DNA from: a virus
Reading direction: 5' to 3' (one strand)
IMG/VR virus record: IMGVR_UViG_3300046167_000883
Location: 49,712-113,711 of that record
DNA length: 64,000 nt
Shown: in pieces, positions 50,058 through 59,720 of the stretch
Layout of the letters: each line of letters begins with the position of its first letter
How positions within the stretch are numbered: position 1 is the first letter of the stretch
Notes under the pieces: generated by a model
The model's input: the letters and a program-made list of their open reading frames with translations, nothing else
Databases searched by the model: none
Told to the model about the DNA's origin: nothing
Translations under genes and position numbers: made by a program

Positions 50058-50426
50058 TTATTTTCTTTTTTGTGACAAACGACCTTCGTATGGTTCGTAA
50101 AGCATTGCGCGTCCGACATCTTTTAATAAATCTTTACCATCTCGAAAACACTTTGTCGATTGCTTTTCGAAGAATTTTAGAATACGCTTTTGCGGAATAA
50201 TTGCCACAATAAAATCATCATAGTGATAATTCATCCATTCGTTAACGGCATCTTCCCAAGACATTTCGCGACCTTTTTCTACCTCCACCCATTTGTGGGA
50301 TCGGATTTCATCTTTCACCAAACGAGCGATGTTAAAATGAAACTTATTATGCTTACTTGGTTCGAAGGGTACGTAGTCTTCTGATTCAAGTAAGATTTCA
50401 ATGATGGGGATGTCTTTTTCGTCCAT
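50058..50426 (-). CDS. hypothetical protein (DUF4032-like motif)
   Basis: EIRSHKWVEVEK-GREMSWEDAVNEW. Confidence 0.6.
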   Translation of the reverse strand: MDEKDIPIIEILLESEDYVPFEPSKHNKFHFNIARLVKDEIRSHKWVEVEKGREMSWEDAVNEWMNYHYDDFIVAIIPQKRILKFFEKQSTKCFRDGKDLLKDVGRAMLYEPYEGRLSQKRK

Positions 50427-50427
50427 T

Positions 50428-50592
50428 TTATTTTTGCTTTTTTTCTAAATTCTTTTTAATGGCGGCGTCCATCTTTGGTGTGACCTTACAGCCAACATGT
50501 TCGTTGTATACCAACTCTCCGCGAGAACGTCCGTAAAGTTTACCGACGTTACCTTTGAATTGCGTTCTTCCGTTTAATAATCTTTTAGACAT
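50428..50592 (-). CDS. basic micro-protein (54 aa)
   Basis: MSKRLLNGRTQFKGNVGKLYGRSRGELVYNEHVGCKVTPKMDAAIKKNLEKKQK; TTGACT-N16-CATTAT-N7-ATG. Confidence 0.65.
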   Translation of the reverse strand: MSKRLLNGRTQFKGNVGKLYGRSRGELVYNEHVGCKVTPKMDAAIKKNLEKKQK

Positions 50593-50745
50593 GACACTTA
50601 TAATGTGCGAAACCTAGTAGAAGTCAAGACCTTTTTTGAGAAAAAGTTAAATTATTTTTAAAAAATTTAAAAAAACTTGAATTTAGACTGTTTCCTTTTA
50701 TATAAAATATTTTTTGATTTTTCTAGCCGAGGTGTAAAGTATATT

Positions 50746-51533
50746 ATGCCACGCAAATTAACCACAAAACAGGCAGAAGAAATTGTATCAAGGCTCTGCA
50801 AACCTCCATACGATCCAGATGAGGGCAAATTACGAGAAGCCGCTTGGAAGCTGCTTGGCATAGAGCCAGAGTACGAGTTTGGGGATGATGATGAAAACGG
50901 CGTAGAAGTACCGTCAAGCGCCTTAAAAGAGGAAATTGTCAAAGAATCCTTTATGGATCAGGTAAAATCTCAAGTTTCTTCAGTTGGCGCGGCTGGTGTT
51001 ATGGCTTTTTCATCTGCTGCCTACTTCCAAGTTGATACCATTATTGAGGAATCTGCCGAAGTTAATAAAGCCGCCATTGAAGTTGGTATGTGGGAAAATA
51101 GTCCATTTGAGTATTTCAGTTTAATTTCTGATCTCGCTATTGATACAATCTCATCCAACCCAACGGTAGAAAACAACGTAGCAGCGGAACAGACGGCAAC
51201 CACAGCAGAAGAAACGCAAGAAAATACAGCAACAGAAGAAACATCAGAAGAGGTAGCCTGAGGAAGAAACAACTAATGAAGAAAACACCCCAGAAGGAAA
51301 CGAAGGAAGAAAGCTGTAGAGGAAGAGGCGAAAGAAGAAACTACCGAAGAAAAAGCCAGCCGAAACAGAACAAAAGACAGAACCCAAAGCTGAGGAAGCT
51401 GCCCAACCTGCACCAAAACCAACGATAGAAGCAGGAAGTTATGTCTGGCGGCATTGGTGGTTTAAGCCCCCATTTTGATTTTCCAGTAATCGAACCTAAC
51501 GCTCCAGTAGCATCACCAGCACAACCATTATGA
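50746..51533 (+). CDS. acidic low-complexity protein with central hydrophobic segment (several indels after 51258)
   Basis: GTGTAA 8 nt before ATG 50746; the E/T/A/P-rich tail continues in shifted frames to ...PVASPAQPL. Confidence 0.6.
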
Positions 51534-51703
51534 TTCAAGAATTTTTATCCCAATGTAAGCAAAACTTGATTGAAATCGCCATCGCGACAATCGGAGTTTT
51601 ATCAATGTTAAAATTAATGATCCCAGAAGATAGTTTCTTGGGTAAGTGTTTGGGTATCTTTGGTCAAATATTTGGCTTTATCGGAAAATTATTTAAAAAA
51701 TGA
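51530..51703 (+). CDS. small membrane protein (57 aa)
   Basis: MIQEFLSQCKQNLIEIAIATIGVLSMLKLMIPEDSFLGKCLGIFGQIFGFIGKLFKK; ATGA overlaps at both ends. Confidence 0.65.
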   Translation: MIQEFLSQCKQNLIEIAIATIGVLSMLKLMIPEDSFLGKCLGIFGQIFGFIGKLFKK

Positions 51704-52440
51704 AAAAATTACTATTATTCTTGCTTATTATTTCGCATGTGTTTGCAGAATCACCAGCGGTGAACCCAACACCTCCTGCTGCAACCATCCCATCCGCCTC
51801 GATAATTAATGGCGGCTTTGAAACTGGAGACCTTACGGGTTGGACATTTACAGGCGAAACAGAAAATTCTTTTAGTTCAAGAGTTGAAGGTGGGAGTTTT
51901 AGCGGAGCCACTACCCATGCAAATAACTTTGGATTCTTTACACCTGCTCCAATGGAAGGTAATTATTCTTTCTTTAGTGGATTTGACGGGCCTGTTCAAG
52001 AAATAACCTTATCGCAAGACATCGGAATCATTGATGAATATACAACCGCAGTTTCGTTTGATGTACGAGCAGGTTGGGATTTGCAAACGTATGCAAATCA
52101 AAGTGGGTACGAAGTGATTGAGGATCGTACGATCAAGGTAGTTATCACGGACAACAACACTCAAGAAGTACTATTGAGTCAAGATCTATTCAATGCTGTT
52201 GGAAACACAAAGGTTCTTGATAGTGGTTTTCAAAATGTTGGAATCAACTTCCAGAACATCGTTGGTTCTGATGTTACAATGTCCTTTGTTCAGAATATCC
52301 CACAGAACTATACTGGCCCAGCATTGATTCAGTTAGACAATATTAAGTTACAACAGACTTATGTACCAGAGCCTAGTTTAATAGCTTTAATTTTTGGTTG
52401 GGTAGCTATGTTGTTTGTGGTTTTTAATCGTCGCGGTTAA
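51700..52440 (+). CDS. secreted PEP-CTERM protein with CBM-like beta-sandwich
   Basis: signal peptide MKKLLLFLLIISHVFA; INGGFETGDLTGWT...LDNIKL; VPEPS + TM + RR at C-terminus. Confidence 0.88.
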   Translation: MKKLLLFLLIISHVFAESPAVNPTPPAATIPSASIINGGFETGDLTGWTFTGETENSFSSRVEGGSFSGATTHANNFGFFTPAPMEGNYSFFSGFDGPVQEITLSQDIGIIDEYTTAVSFDVRAGWDLQTYANQSGYEVIEDRTIKVVITDNNTQEVLLSQDLFNAVGNTKVLDSGFQNVGINFQNIVGSDVTMSFVQNIPQNYTGPALIQLDNIKLQQTYVPEPSLIALIFGWVAMLFVVFNRRG

Positions 52441-52612
52441 AAGTTTCGTAGATAATAAACTCTGGTTGGTTGTCTTTTTCCTTATACTGATTAGGAAAGA
52501 CGGTGACTGGCATCTTCTCACCGTTGATGACTACATAGCCAGCAAGGTATTTGCCGTTTTTACCATCCCTCTTCCAGAAAGCTCCTCGTTGTTTTTCTGC
52601 CCATTTGCTCAT
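52424..52612 (-). CDS. DUF736-like small protein
   Basis: GAFWKR.GKNGKYLAG.......VFPN..K..DNQPEF.IY. Confidence 0.65.
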   Translation of the reverse strand: MSKWAEKQRGAFWKRDGKNGKYLAGYVVINGEKMPVTVFPNQYKEKDNQPEFIIYETFNRDD

Positions 52613-52732
52613 TTGCGACCAATAATAGGTAAAAATCTACGACTGTCAAGAAAAATATCGACCAAACGATAATTACCTAAGACCATTGAAAAACTAACAA
52701 ATATTAGTATCATATAGTGTAAATATATACTT

Positions 52733-53873
52733 ATGGAGCAGGAAATTAATAAAATTTTAAAAATAGATGAATTCTTACAGGATCGGGTTTTAGTTGACAA
52801 GGTTGACAAAAATATTTCTAGCAATGAATCAAAATTCATTATATCCGTTCTAGAGGAAATAAGTTATTTTAAAACTACTTTAAATAAAACTGAAATTTTA
52901 AACACGCTAAAGCTTATAGATTCTAACTTAGAATACGACTCTTACCATTTCAAAAACAGTGATATAGATTTTGTGTTAAAGTTGACCGAAGATGATGAAG
53001 ACAGCATACTTAAAAAAGAATTTGATAACCTTTCTTTGATCCAAGATTTAAACGTTTCTGCTAAACCGTTACATTTTGAAACCTTAGATTTTGACAGAAA
53101 AATAGATGTATTGATTGTTACTTTTGAACACGCTTTATGTTTTAAAGATTTATCAAAATCAGATTTAAATTTCAATATTAAAACAGTAGCTAACACTCTT
53201 TCATTTATCCACTGAAAACACGGTGACTGAAGAATTAGCTGAGACGAAAAGTTTTAAGGAAGAATTTTTTGCTTTAACTGATTATAAAAATAATTTACCT
53301 AAAGATAGATATAAAGGATTGATGAATAGTGAAGATTTTATGAATCACTTGCCAGTTTTAGAGACGTTAAAAAACGCAGTAAATGAAGAATTAACAGCTT
53401 TACCCAAAACACAAACCTGTTTAAATCACACAAATTTACATAAATCTAGAATTATGTATAGGGATAAATTTGTAAAGTTTTTAAACTTCCAATATGCGAA
53501 GAAAATAGATTGCTTATGGGATGTTTCTTTGTGTATATTTTACCTGGGGATAAGCAACTACCCAAAAATAGAAAAAGATTTTGTAACACAGTATTTAAAA
53601 AGTCACGACAAATTAAATATTTCGGGACCAGAATTTTTAGAAAAATTAAAAACTTACAAAAACACCGCATATAAACTTATTTTAATTAAGTTGTTATGCA
53701 ATTATTTTTATGAAGTTATTATTTTTGGCACAGATAGACCTTCTAAATTTGTTGATACGATTACTATTTATGAAGGAATAAGGGATGACCTTGCTTTAGA
53801 CCAAAACCGAGAAATAAAAAATGGATTATTGTTAAAGAAGGTTGATAAAATCTTCAATGTTTACTTTAAGTAG
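52733..53873 (+). CDS. APH/choline-kinase-fold protein with degenerate catalytic motifs (one +1 insertion near 53213)
   Basis: FVLKL......LKKEFDNL...AKPL; CLNHTNL...I...KFLNFQYA......DV; GTGTAA 10 nt upstream. Confidence 0.6.
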
Positions 53874-56800
53874 TTTTATCTACTTCGAAAAAGAAGTTTT
53901 GTAGAGTTGCCCCAGAGGATTCATCATCTAAGGAAAATTCCTTAAATCCGCTCTGATTGCTTACAAACTCCATAAACGCAATCGTTTTTTGTGATTGATT
54001 AATCTGGCCACTTGTGTTGAATATTTTATCCTGACCCACATAAAAATCAGTATTATAGGAACCGCTACCAACATAATTAAAACTTCCTTTGATAATATAA
54101 CTATTTTCGCTTTGCCAGAATATGCCACGTTGATTATTTAAATCTTGAGTAATTAGTTCGCCAGTTCCCTTGCAGATATAAACAGTATCAAACGATTGAA
54201 TACTTTGCTGTGATTCTAAAGAAGCTGATTCTTGTTCTGGTTGTTCATATACTATACCACCTAAAGCGATTCCACTACCGTAATGATCAAAGGGTATTAG
54301 AGTCAACACATCTGTATCGGAGGCTTCTGGCAAATTAATATATCTTTGGCCTTCGGCAAGAAATTCTGTTTTTATAAATTCAAGATTCCCAGAGGTATTT
54401 AAGTTGTAAATATTAATTTTTTCTAAATCATATTTGGAGCTAATTGAAACATCAAAATTAACTTTAGGGGGATTGAACACCGCATTTGAAATAATTGGAG
54501 CTGTATTCATAATATCCAACTGTGCAGTATGGTGGAGTTTTTGGTTTTTATCCTTTAATTCGAATTTTATATTTAAATTCCTTTTGACATTGCCAAATAG
54601 GTTCAGGTTATCCTCGTGGCTGAATCTAAATGTTGTAGATTTGTAGTTTTGTTTATACAATTCATCGTTGATATAAATATCTAAACTAGGGTCTGCATTG
54701 GGATTATGTGCCATATCCCCACCCCTCATGTCTTCTAATTTTAATTTAAAAATATAATCTTTTGTTTGGGGAACAATGGAACCTTGTCCAGTTAAACCTT
54801 CGGGAGAATAAGTGTTGGAATACTCGTTTTGTATATTTACTGATTTGATCAAGAAATGCTCTCTAATCTTAGCTGGTAAATCAATTCTAAAATTACTTTC
54901 TACACTTTTGCTTGATTCTGGGTTTCTTAGGGACGTAACATTAACTGTGTAATCGCCAGCCATAGAAAGATTTAAAATTTCATAATCTGTTTTTGGAGGA
55001 GAGGTTGTAACATCCTTTAAAAATTCGTGTGTGGTGTATTTGCCGTTTGGATAAATTAAACTGACTCTATATTTTAATTCGTTTCCTCCTAATTCCCCAG
55101 TGATAGTGCCTGTAAGATTATGACTGCCATATTCATTTTGTATTAGGAAATCTGTAAAACCTAATGGTTCTGGTGGCCTGTTGATTGTATTTGTTGGAAC
55201 GCCTATGTTGTATTGGGTTTCAACCAAATCAAAATCTTCTTGTTCTATGTAGGTGAATTTGTCGATCTGATATTCTAGCGCATTGACGTTATATTTATTA
55301 GCTTCTTCTTCGGTTATTTTGACAACTTTAAAAAAGTTTGTGTCCCTATTTTCTAACTCTATGTTGAAAAAGGACCCTTTGATTACGCCAGTAAAATCAT
55401 CATAACTTTGATCATTTTGGTCTATGTAAACCCTATGGGAGTTATCTTGTTCTTCAATACCTGTTATGATAAATTTGGTGATTTGCTCTTCATCTATTGA
55501 ACCAACCTTATCTAGTGGCACTACGCCGCTATAAATATTTTCGTCTACTCCGACTTCGGTAGCTCGATCGAATTTTATTAAATTATATAAAGCCTTAACG
55601 TCGGTTTGTTGTTTGTTGTTGTAGGTATACAAGCCGCCGTTTTCCCCTGTCACAATAGAGCCTGTTTTGAAAGAGTTTTCTAAATCAAGGTATCCCTGGC
55701 TCGTGTTTACGTCTAAGATTTTTCCATAATTAATTTCAAAGTTTTTAATTTCGTCTTCTATTTGTATTATGTCTCCTGGGGCTAGTAAGACTGCTTCTGG
55801 GCCAGTAGAAAAAGATACGGCTTCTGTTTCAAACTGATTACTAAACAGAATATATTTCGCCATTCGCCTTGCTTGAGATTTAGACGTAAGACCAAAACCT
55901 GTTTGCTTATTGACGCGTTTGCCATATTTACGCATTTTTTCTTCGTCTTCTACATACTCTACTTTTACTTTATAGTTGTCGTCTTTATCTAAATAAGGAA
56001 CTTCAACTCTTGTAAATCTAGCAGAAGAAACTATGTCAGCATAATTAAATACGCCGTCAAAAACATTTCCGTTATTGAATATTGCTTGGACATTCTTGGG
56101 GTTATCTATTGAAAAATTAAAAAAGCCACCATTCCAGTATGTCATCGCTCTAAACAATGATGCGATTTCGCCAATCACCTCAAAGGCATTTTTCTGTTCT
56201 TGGAGTATAAAGTTAGCGGAAAATCTTGGCTCTAAACCCTGTGTGGCATCTGGTACTCCATCAAAATAACCATCATCATCAACAGAGTCACAATATCTGC
56301 CCATTTCATATAGATGGAATATGTCTATGTCTTCCATGTCATCTAAATAATCTCCCAAACCGTTTGAGTGGTTTGTCATAAGATCGTATAAGATCCATGC
56401 TGGGTTATCTGTCCAAGCTAATTTAAATGAGCCATCCCACTCTCCGATGTAAACCTGCTCTTTGTTTGGCCCAAATTCAAAGTTTGTATCTTCTACGGCG
56501 TTGGAGGTCCCTTCAATTATGGCATGATTACCTCCAAAACGGTCTCTCATAGCTTGTCCACGAGGCGTATCAACCACTGTCCCATCCCAATGGTGCAAGA
56601 GTTGATTGTTTTTCTTGATTTTTAAATCCGCGATTTTCGAGCCATTAGGTATTCTATGAGCGCTGTTTTTATCGCCACCTATACAAAATTCTTCAGCGTC
56701 AAAAACTAAATATTTTCTGGGATTGGTGGTGCTGTTGTCTTCTGTTGATGTTCCAACCAATTCCCCGTTTACCCAAACTGTTAATGTTTGTTTAGTGCCT

Positions 56801-59697
56801 ATTAATTTAAGACTTATTTCAAAAACATTATCAGCATTATATTTACTACCGCCAGGCACATAATCTGCTATACTTATTTCTACATAATTAGGAGAGCCAT
56901 CACCATCTAAAATTTTACTTTGAATGCCGTGAGTGGTATTTTGATTCTGATACCATAGGGCTATATACTCTGTTGCGTGGCCATTTACATATCCATCAAA
57001 TATCCTTCCCCAGTTAACAAAACTTCCAAATTTAACTTTAACCAAAAACTCACAATTTTGTGTACCTAAATCAATTTTATTTGAAGCGGCTGCGTGGGTA
57101 GACCCATTAAAAGTTTGTATATTCCTCAAACCATACTTAGATGAATCAGAAACAAATCTCTTATCAGTGCCATTAGCAAAAAGTGGCTGATAATTTGAAG
57201 GCACGGCACACTTTTTTAGCCTCATCTCAAAGGTTCTATCTGGCGCTTGATTAAAAGATCTGGCGTCAATTACAGAACCAACAAGAGCAGAAAAAGGATA
57301 GGTGAAGTTTTGGGGAATCTCTTCTGTTATGTATGCAATAGATGCGTCTCTAGAAATTAAAACAGATTCTGTTTCGTAGGTTTTTTTGTAAATTTTTATA
57401 TATCTGTTTATGTTTTTCCAGGAATCATTTGGGAACAAATCTTCATTAAAGTCTAAGCTATATTCAGTAGCTAAAGCTTCTGTCATGCCCTCAATGTCAG
57501 AAACTTTTTTACCATTTAAATCTTTGTTTTGTGGCAAATCAACCACATCTAATTCTGTCATGTAGGGGGAAGTTATAACACCCTCAAACCTATATTCTTG
57601 TTTTCTTGTGTATTCGGCTAAATAAATTTCTTTTGGTGGAATACCTTCTGTAAGTGAAATTTCTAATCTACCCTCTTCTGTCTTTTCTGAATTTGGTATG
57701 TCTGTATGTATAGAAAATTCATTTGATAAAAAATATTCACCTTCTACTTCATACACACCTCTATATAAACCACCATCGAAATTTGCAGCCGTTCCTGAAA
57801 TAATTCCATTGGTTCCAATAGTTAAAGCAGCATTAAAATCAGCCAATTGATTTGCTGGAGTATATAAAACCTCTGGCGCTAAATCTGTACTTATTCCTGT
57901 GTAATTTAAACCACTACCAATAATTAAAATATTAACAATATTGAAAAACAAAGCGCCATTATCGCCGCTATTAATTCCAAAATTAGTTAACACGCTATTT
58001 TTATTTATATTTTGAAGATTTCCGTCTTGGTCATCAACATAAATACCGTTGTAGTTCGATAATGTGCCATTAGTTGGGCCAGTATTGTTGAGAACACGGG
58101 CTATAGAATTTGGACTAGATAGCTGCTGGCTTTGTATTGGGATAAAATGCTTAATAATTGGTTGGTTAGACGCATTAAGGCCGACTTCGAAAGCCGCAAT
58201 TTCTGCGGCAAGGAATGATTTATTTTCTGTATTAACAAAAAATCGATCATCAAAGGGAATCTCATCTCCTTCGAATCCTTGTATAACCTCAAATTCAATA
58301 AACTCTCTTAATGTTTTGCCTACATCTTCTCCATTGTCTTCCGTATCACTAAGGGAAGAGATCATAACAGTTGGTGTTGCTTTGGTTATTTGTTGGTTTT
58401 GTATTGTATGGGTATATCCATAAGCATCACTCTCTGTTGGGAGGTTTACTTGCCAACTAGCATATCTTCTACCCCCTCTTGTATCTTCGTTGCCATCGCC
58501 AACTTGAGCATCACCAGCATATTTTCTAAATCTGCCAAAAAGCTGTTGGTTAATATTAGTTTGAATGAAGCCTTTGCTGTAGTTACTTAATTTTGGTTGA
58601 AATTCACTTCCAAGATTATAATCAACATTAGCGTTTATATAGTTAAATTGAGAATCTTCGTCGGTTTTTAAAGAAGTATTTAATTTTTCACCTATAATAC
58701 TACCCTTTGCTGGAGAACTTTGATTTGCGACATGGGCAAAAGATATGTCATTCCCACTATAAACAAAAACATCATAACCGTTATCTATACCGCTTTGTAT
58801 TTTCTCACTAATGTTAGTATCGTTGTAAGCAACCAAGAATTTACCTGTTAAAAACTCGCCAGCAGAACCTGTTGAGACGTTATCTCCGATATAAAAATGT
58901 ATAAAACCTCCTCCGTGAAATCCAGAAGTGGGATAGTAATCTCCAACTTTATATGCAGGTGCGCTAGAAATATATTGGCCATTGCCAGTCATGAAAGATG
59001 GGGTAGCTAAATACAAATCTTCTGGAGCTTTAAATATTAACCCTTCTTCTGATTTTAAATATCTCTCAAATCCTTTTGAATCTTCGCCAAGGGAAATGTT
59101 TAGAGAAAATTCAGATTTTTCTCTTAGATAGACGGACCCGCTCTCAAAAATATTTTTAGTATCAAATTGTATAAATCCAAATTGACTAAAAAAAGATTTA
59201 TTCTGATTTATAGCCACAAGAAAATCTTCTCTAGAATTTTCTATACCATTAATTAATTCGTTATAATTTCCAAATTGTCCCTGAGTGCCTTGTATGGAGT
59301 TTAAATTGCCAGTAATGTTGTCTAAAGATTCACTTATAGATTGAGTATTTATTCTATCGACGTTTTGAATGTCTGTGTATCTAATAGATCTATTTAATTT
59401 TTGTGAAACTGAATGCGATTTTATTGGCGTATCGTTGTAATATACAGCTTCCAGAACATCTAATCCAAGCGCTTTTTCGCCATTTTTTTTTACCAAACCT
59501 TCAACTGGACCCTCGCAAATCAAGTCCAAATTACTTAAATAAGATATGCTTTGAAAAAGATCAGAGGCTTGGGGCGGTTTTAAATAAGCTTCGCCACCAG
59601 CAGTTCCCTTTCCTTTGCCGCCGCCAGCACCAGCGACAGAATCCAAACCAAGTTGATTTCTTATATTTCTGGCTATCCTTTTCCGTATGTTATTCAT
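53866..59697 (-). CDS. tail tip/host-specificity protein, lambda gpJ-like, with LamG insert
   Basis: DLICEGPVEGL, YPFSAL....DARSF...P.R, WDGSFKLAWTDNPAWILYDL, EPRFS.N, Fn3-like C-terminus. Confidence 0.9.
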   Translation of the reverse strand: MNNIRKRIARNIRNQLGLDSVAGAGGGKGKGTAGGEAYLKPPQASDLFQSISYLSNLDLICEGPVEGLVKKNGEKALGLDVLEAVYYNDTPIKSHSVSQKLNRSIRYTDIQNVDRINTQSISESLDNITGNLNSIQGTQGQFGNYNELINGIENSREDFLVAINQNKSFFSQFGFIQFDTKNIFESGSVYLREKSEFSLNISLGEDSKGFERYLKSEEGLIFKAPEDLYLATPSFMTGNGQYISSAPAYKVGDYYPTSGFHGGGFIHFYIGDNVSTGSAGEFLTGKFLVAYNDTNISEKIQSGIDNGYDVFVYSGNDISFAHVANQSSPAKGSIIGEKLNTSLKTDEDSQFNYINANVDYNLGSEFQPKLSNYSKGFIQTNINQQLFGRFRKYAGDAQVGDGNEDTRGGRRYASWQVNLPTESDAYGYTHTIQNQQITKATPTVMISSLSDTEDNGEDVGKTLREFIEFEVIQGFEGDEIPFDDRFFVNTENKSFLAAEIAAFEVGLNASNQPIIKHFIPIQSQQLSSPNSIARVLNNTGPTNGTLSNYNGIYVDDQDGNLQNINKNSVLTNFGINSGDNGALFFNIVNILIIGSGLNYTGISTDLAPEVLYTPANQLADFNAALTIGTNGIISGTAANFDGGLYRGVYEVEGEYFLSNEFSIHTDIPNSEKTEEGRLEISLTEGIPPKEIYLAEYTRKQEYRFEGVITSPYMTELDVVDLPQNKDLNGKKVSDIEGMTEALATEYSLDFNEDLFPNDSWKNINRYIKIYKKTYETESVLISRDASIAYITEEIPQNFTYPFSALVGSVIDARSFNQAPDRTFEMRLKKCAVPSNYQPLFANGTDKRFVSDSSKYGLRNIQTFNGSTHAAASNKIDLGTQNCEFLVKVKFGSFVNWGRIFDGYVNGHATEYIALWYQNQNTTHGIQSKILDGDGSPNYVEISIADYVPGGSKYNADNVFEISLKLIGTKQTLTVWVNGELVGTSTEDNSTTNPRKYLVFDAEEFCIGGDKNSAHRIPNGSKIADLKIKKNNQLLHHWDGTVVDTPRGQAMRDRFGGNHAIIEGTSNAVEDTNFEFGPNKEQVYIGEWDGSFKLAWTDNPAWILYDLMTNHSNGLGDYLDDMEDIDIFHLYEMGRYCDSVDDDGYFDGVPDATQGLEPRFSANFILQEQKNAFEVIGEIASLFRAMTYWNGGFFNFSIDNPKNVQAIFNNGNVFDGVFNYADIVSSARFTRVEVPYLDKDDNYKVKVEYVEDEEKMRKYGKRVNKQTGFGLTSKSQARRMAKYILFSNQFETEAVSFSTGPEAVLLAPGDIIQIEDEIKNFEINYGKILDVNTSQGYLDLENSFKTGSIVTGENGGLYTYNNKQQTDVKALYNLIKFDRATEVGVDENIYSGVVPLDKVGSIDEEQITKFIITGIEEQDNSHRVYIDQNDQSYDDFTGVIKGSFFNIELENRDTNFFKVVKITEEEANKYNVNALEYQIDKFTYIEQEDFDLVETQYNIGVPTNTINRPPEPLGFTDFLIQNEYGSHNLTGTITGELGGNELKYRVSLIYPNGKYTTHEFLKDVTTSPPKTDYEILNLSMAGDYTVNVTSLRNPESSKSVESNFRIDLPAKIREHFLIKSVNIQNEYSNTYSPEGLTGQGSIVPQTKDYIFKLKLEDMRGGDMAHNPNADPSLDIYINDELYKQNYKSTTFRFSHEDNLNLFGNVKRNLNIKFELKDKNQKLHHTAQLDIMNTAPIISNAVFNPPKVNFDVSISSKYDLEKINIYNLNTSGNLEFIKTEFLAEGQRYINLPEASDTDVLTLIPFDHYGSGIALGGIVYEQPEQESASLESQQSIQSFDTVYICKGTGELITQDLNNQRGIFWQSENSYIIKGSFNYVGSGSYNTDFYVGQDKIFNTSGQINQSQKTIAFMEFVSNQSGFKEFSLDDESSGATLQNFFFEVDKTT

Positions 59698-59720
59698 GCC
59701 TAGATAATATTTTACACTTA

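Noticed and set aside
7630-53220. Split genes as programmed frameshifts or pseudogenes (decorated tube, capsid, TerL, sigma, zinc ribbon, PhoH, 24828 gene, 50746 gene, kinase-like)
   Set aside because: Every break I traced is repaired by deleting single extra bases, often in short homopolymers. They hit essential genes and lack slippery heptamers, which fits read or assembly insertion errors. Raw reads would settle it.
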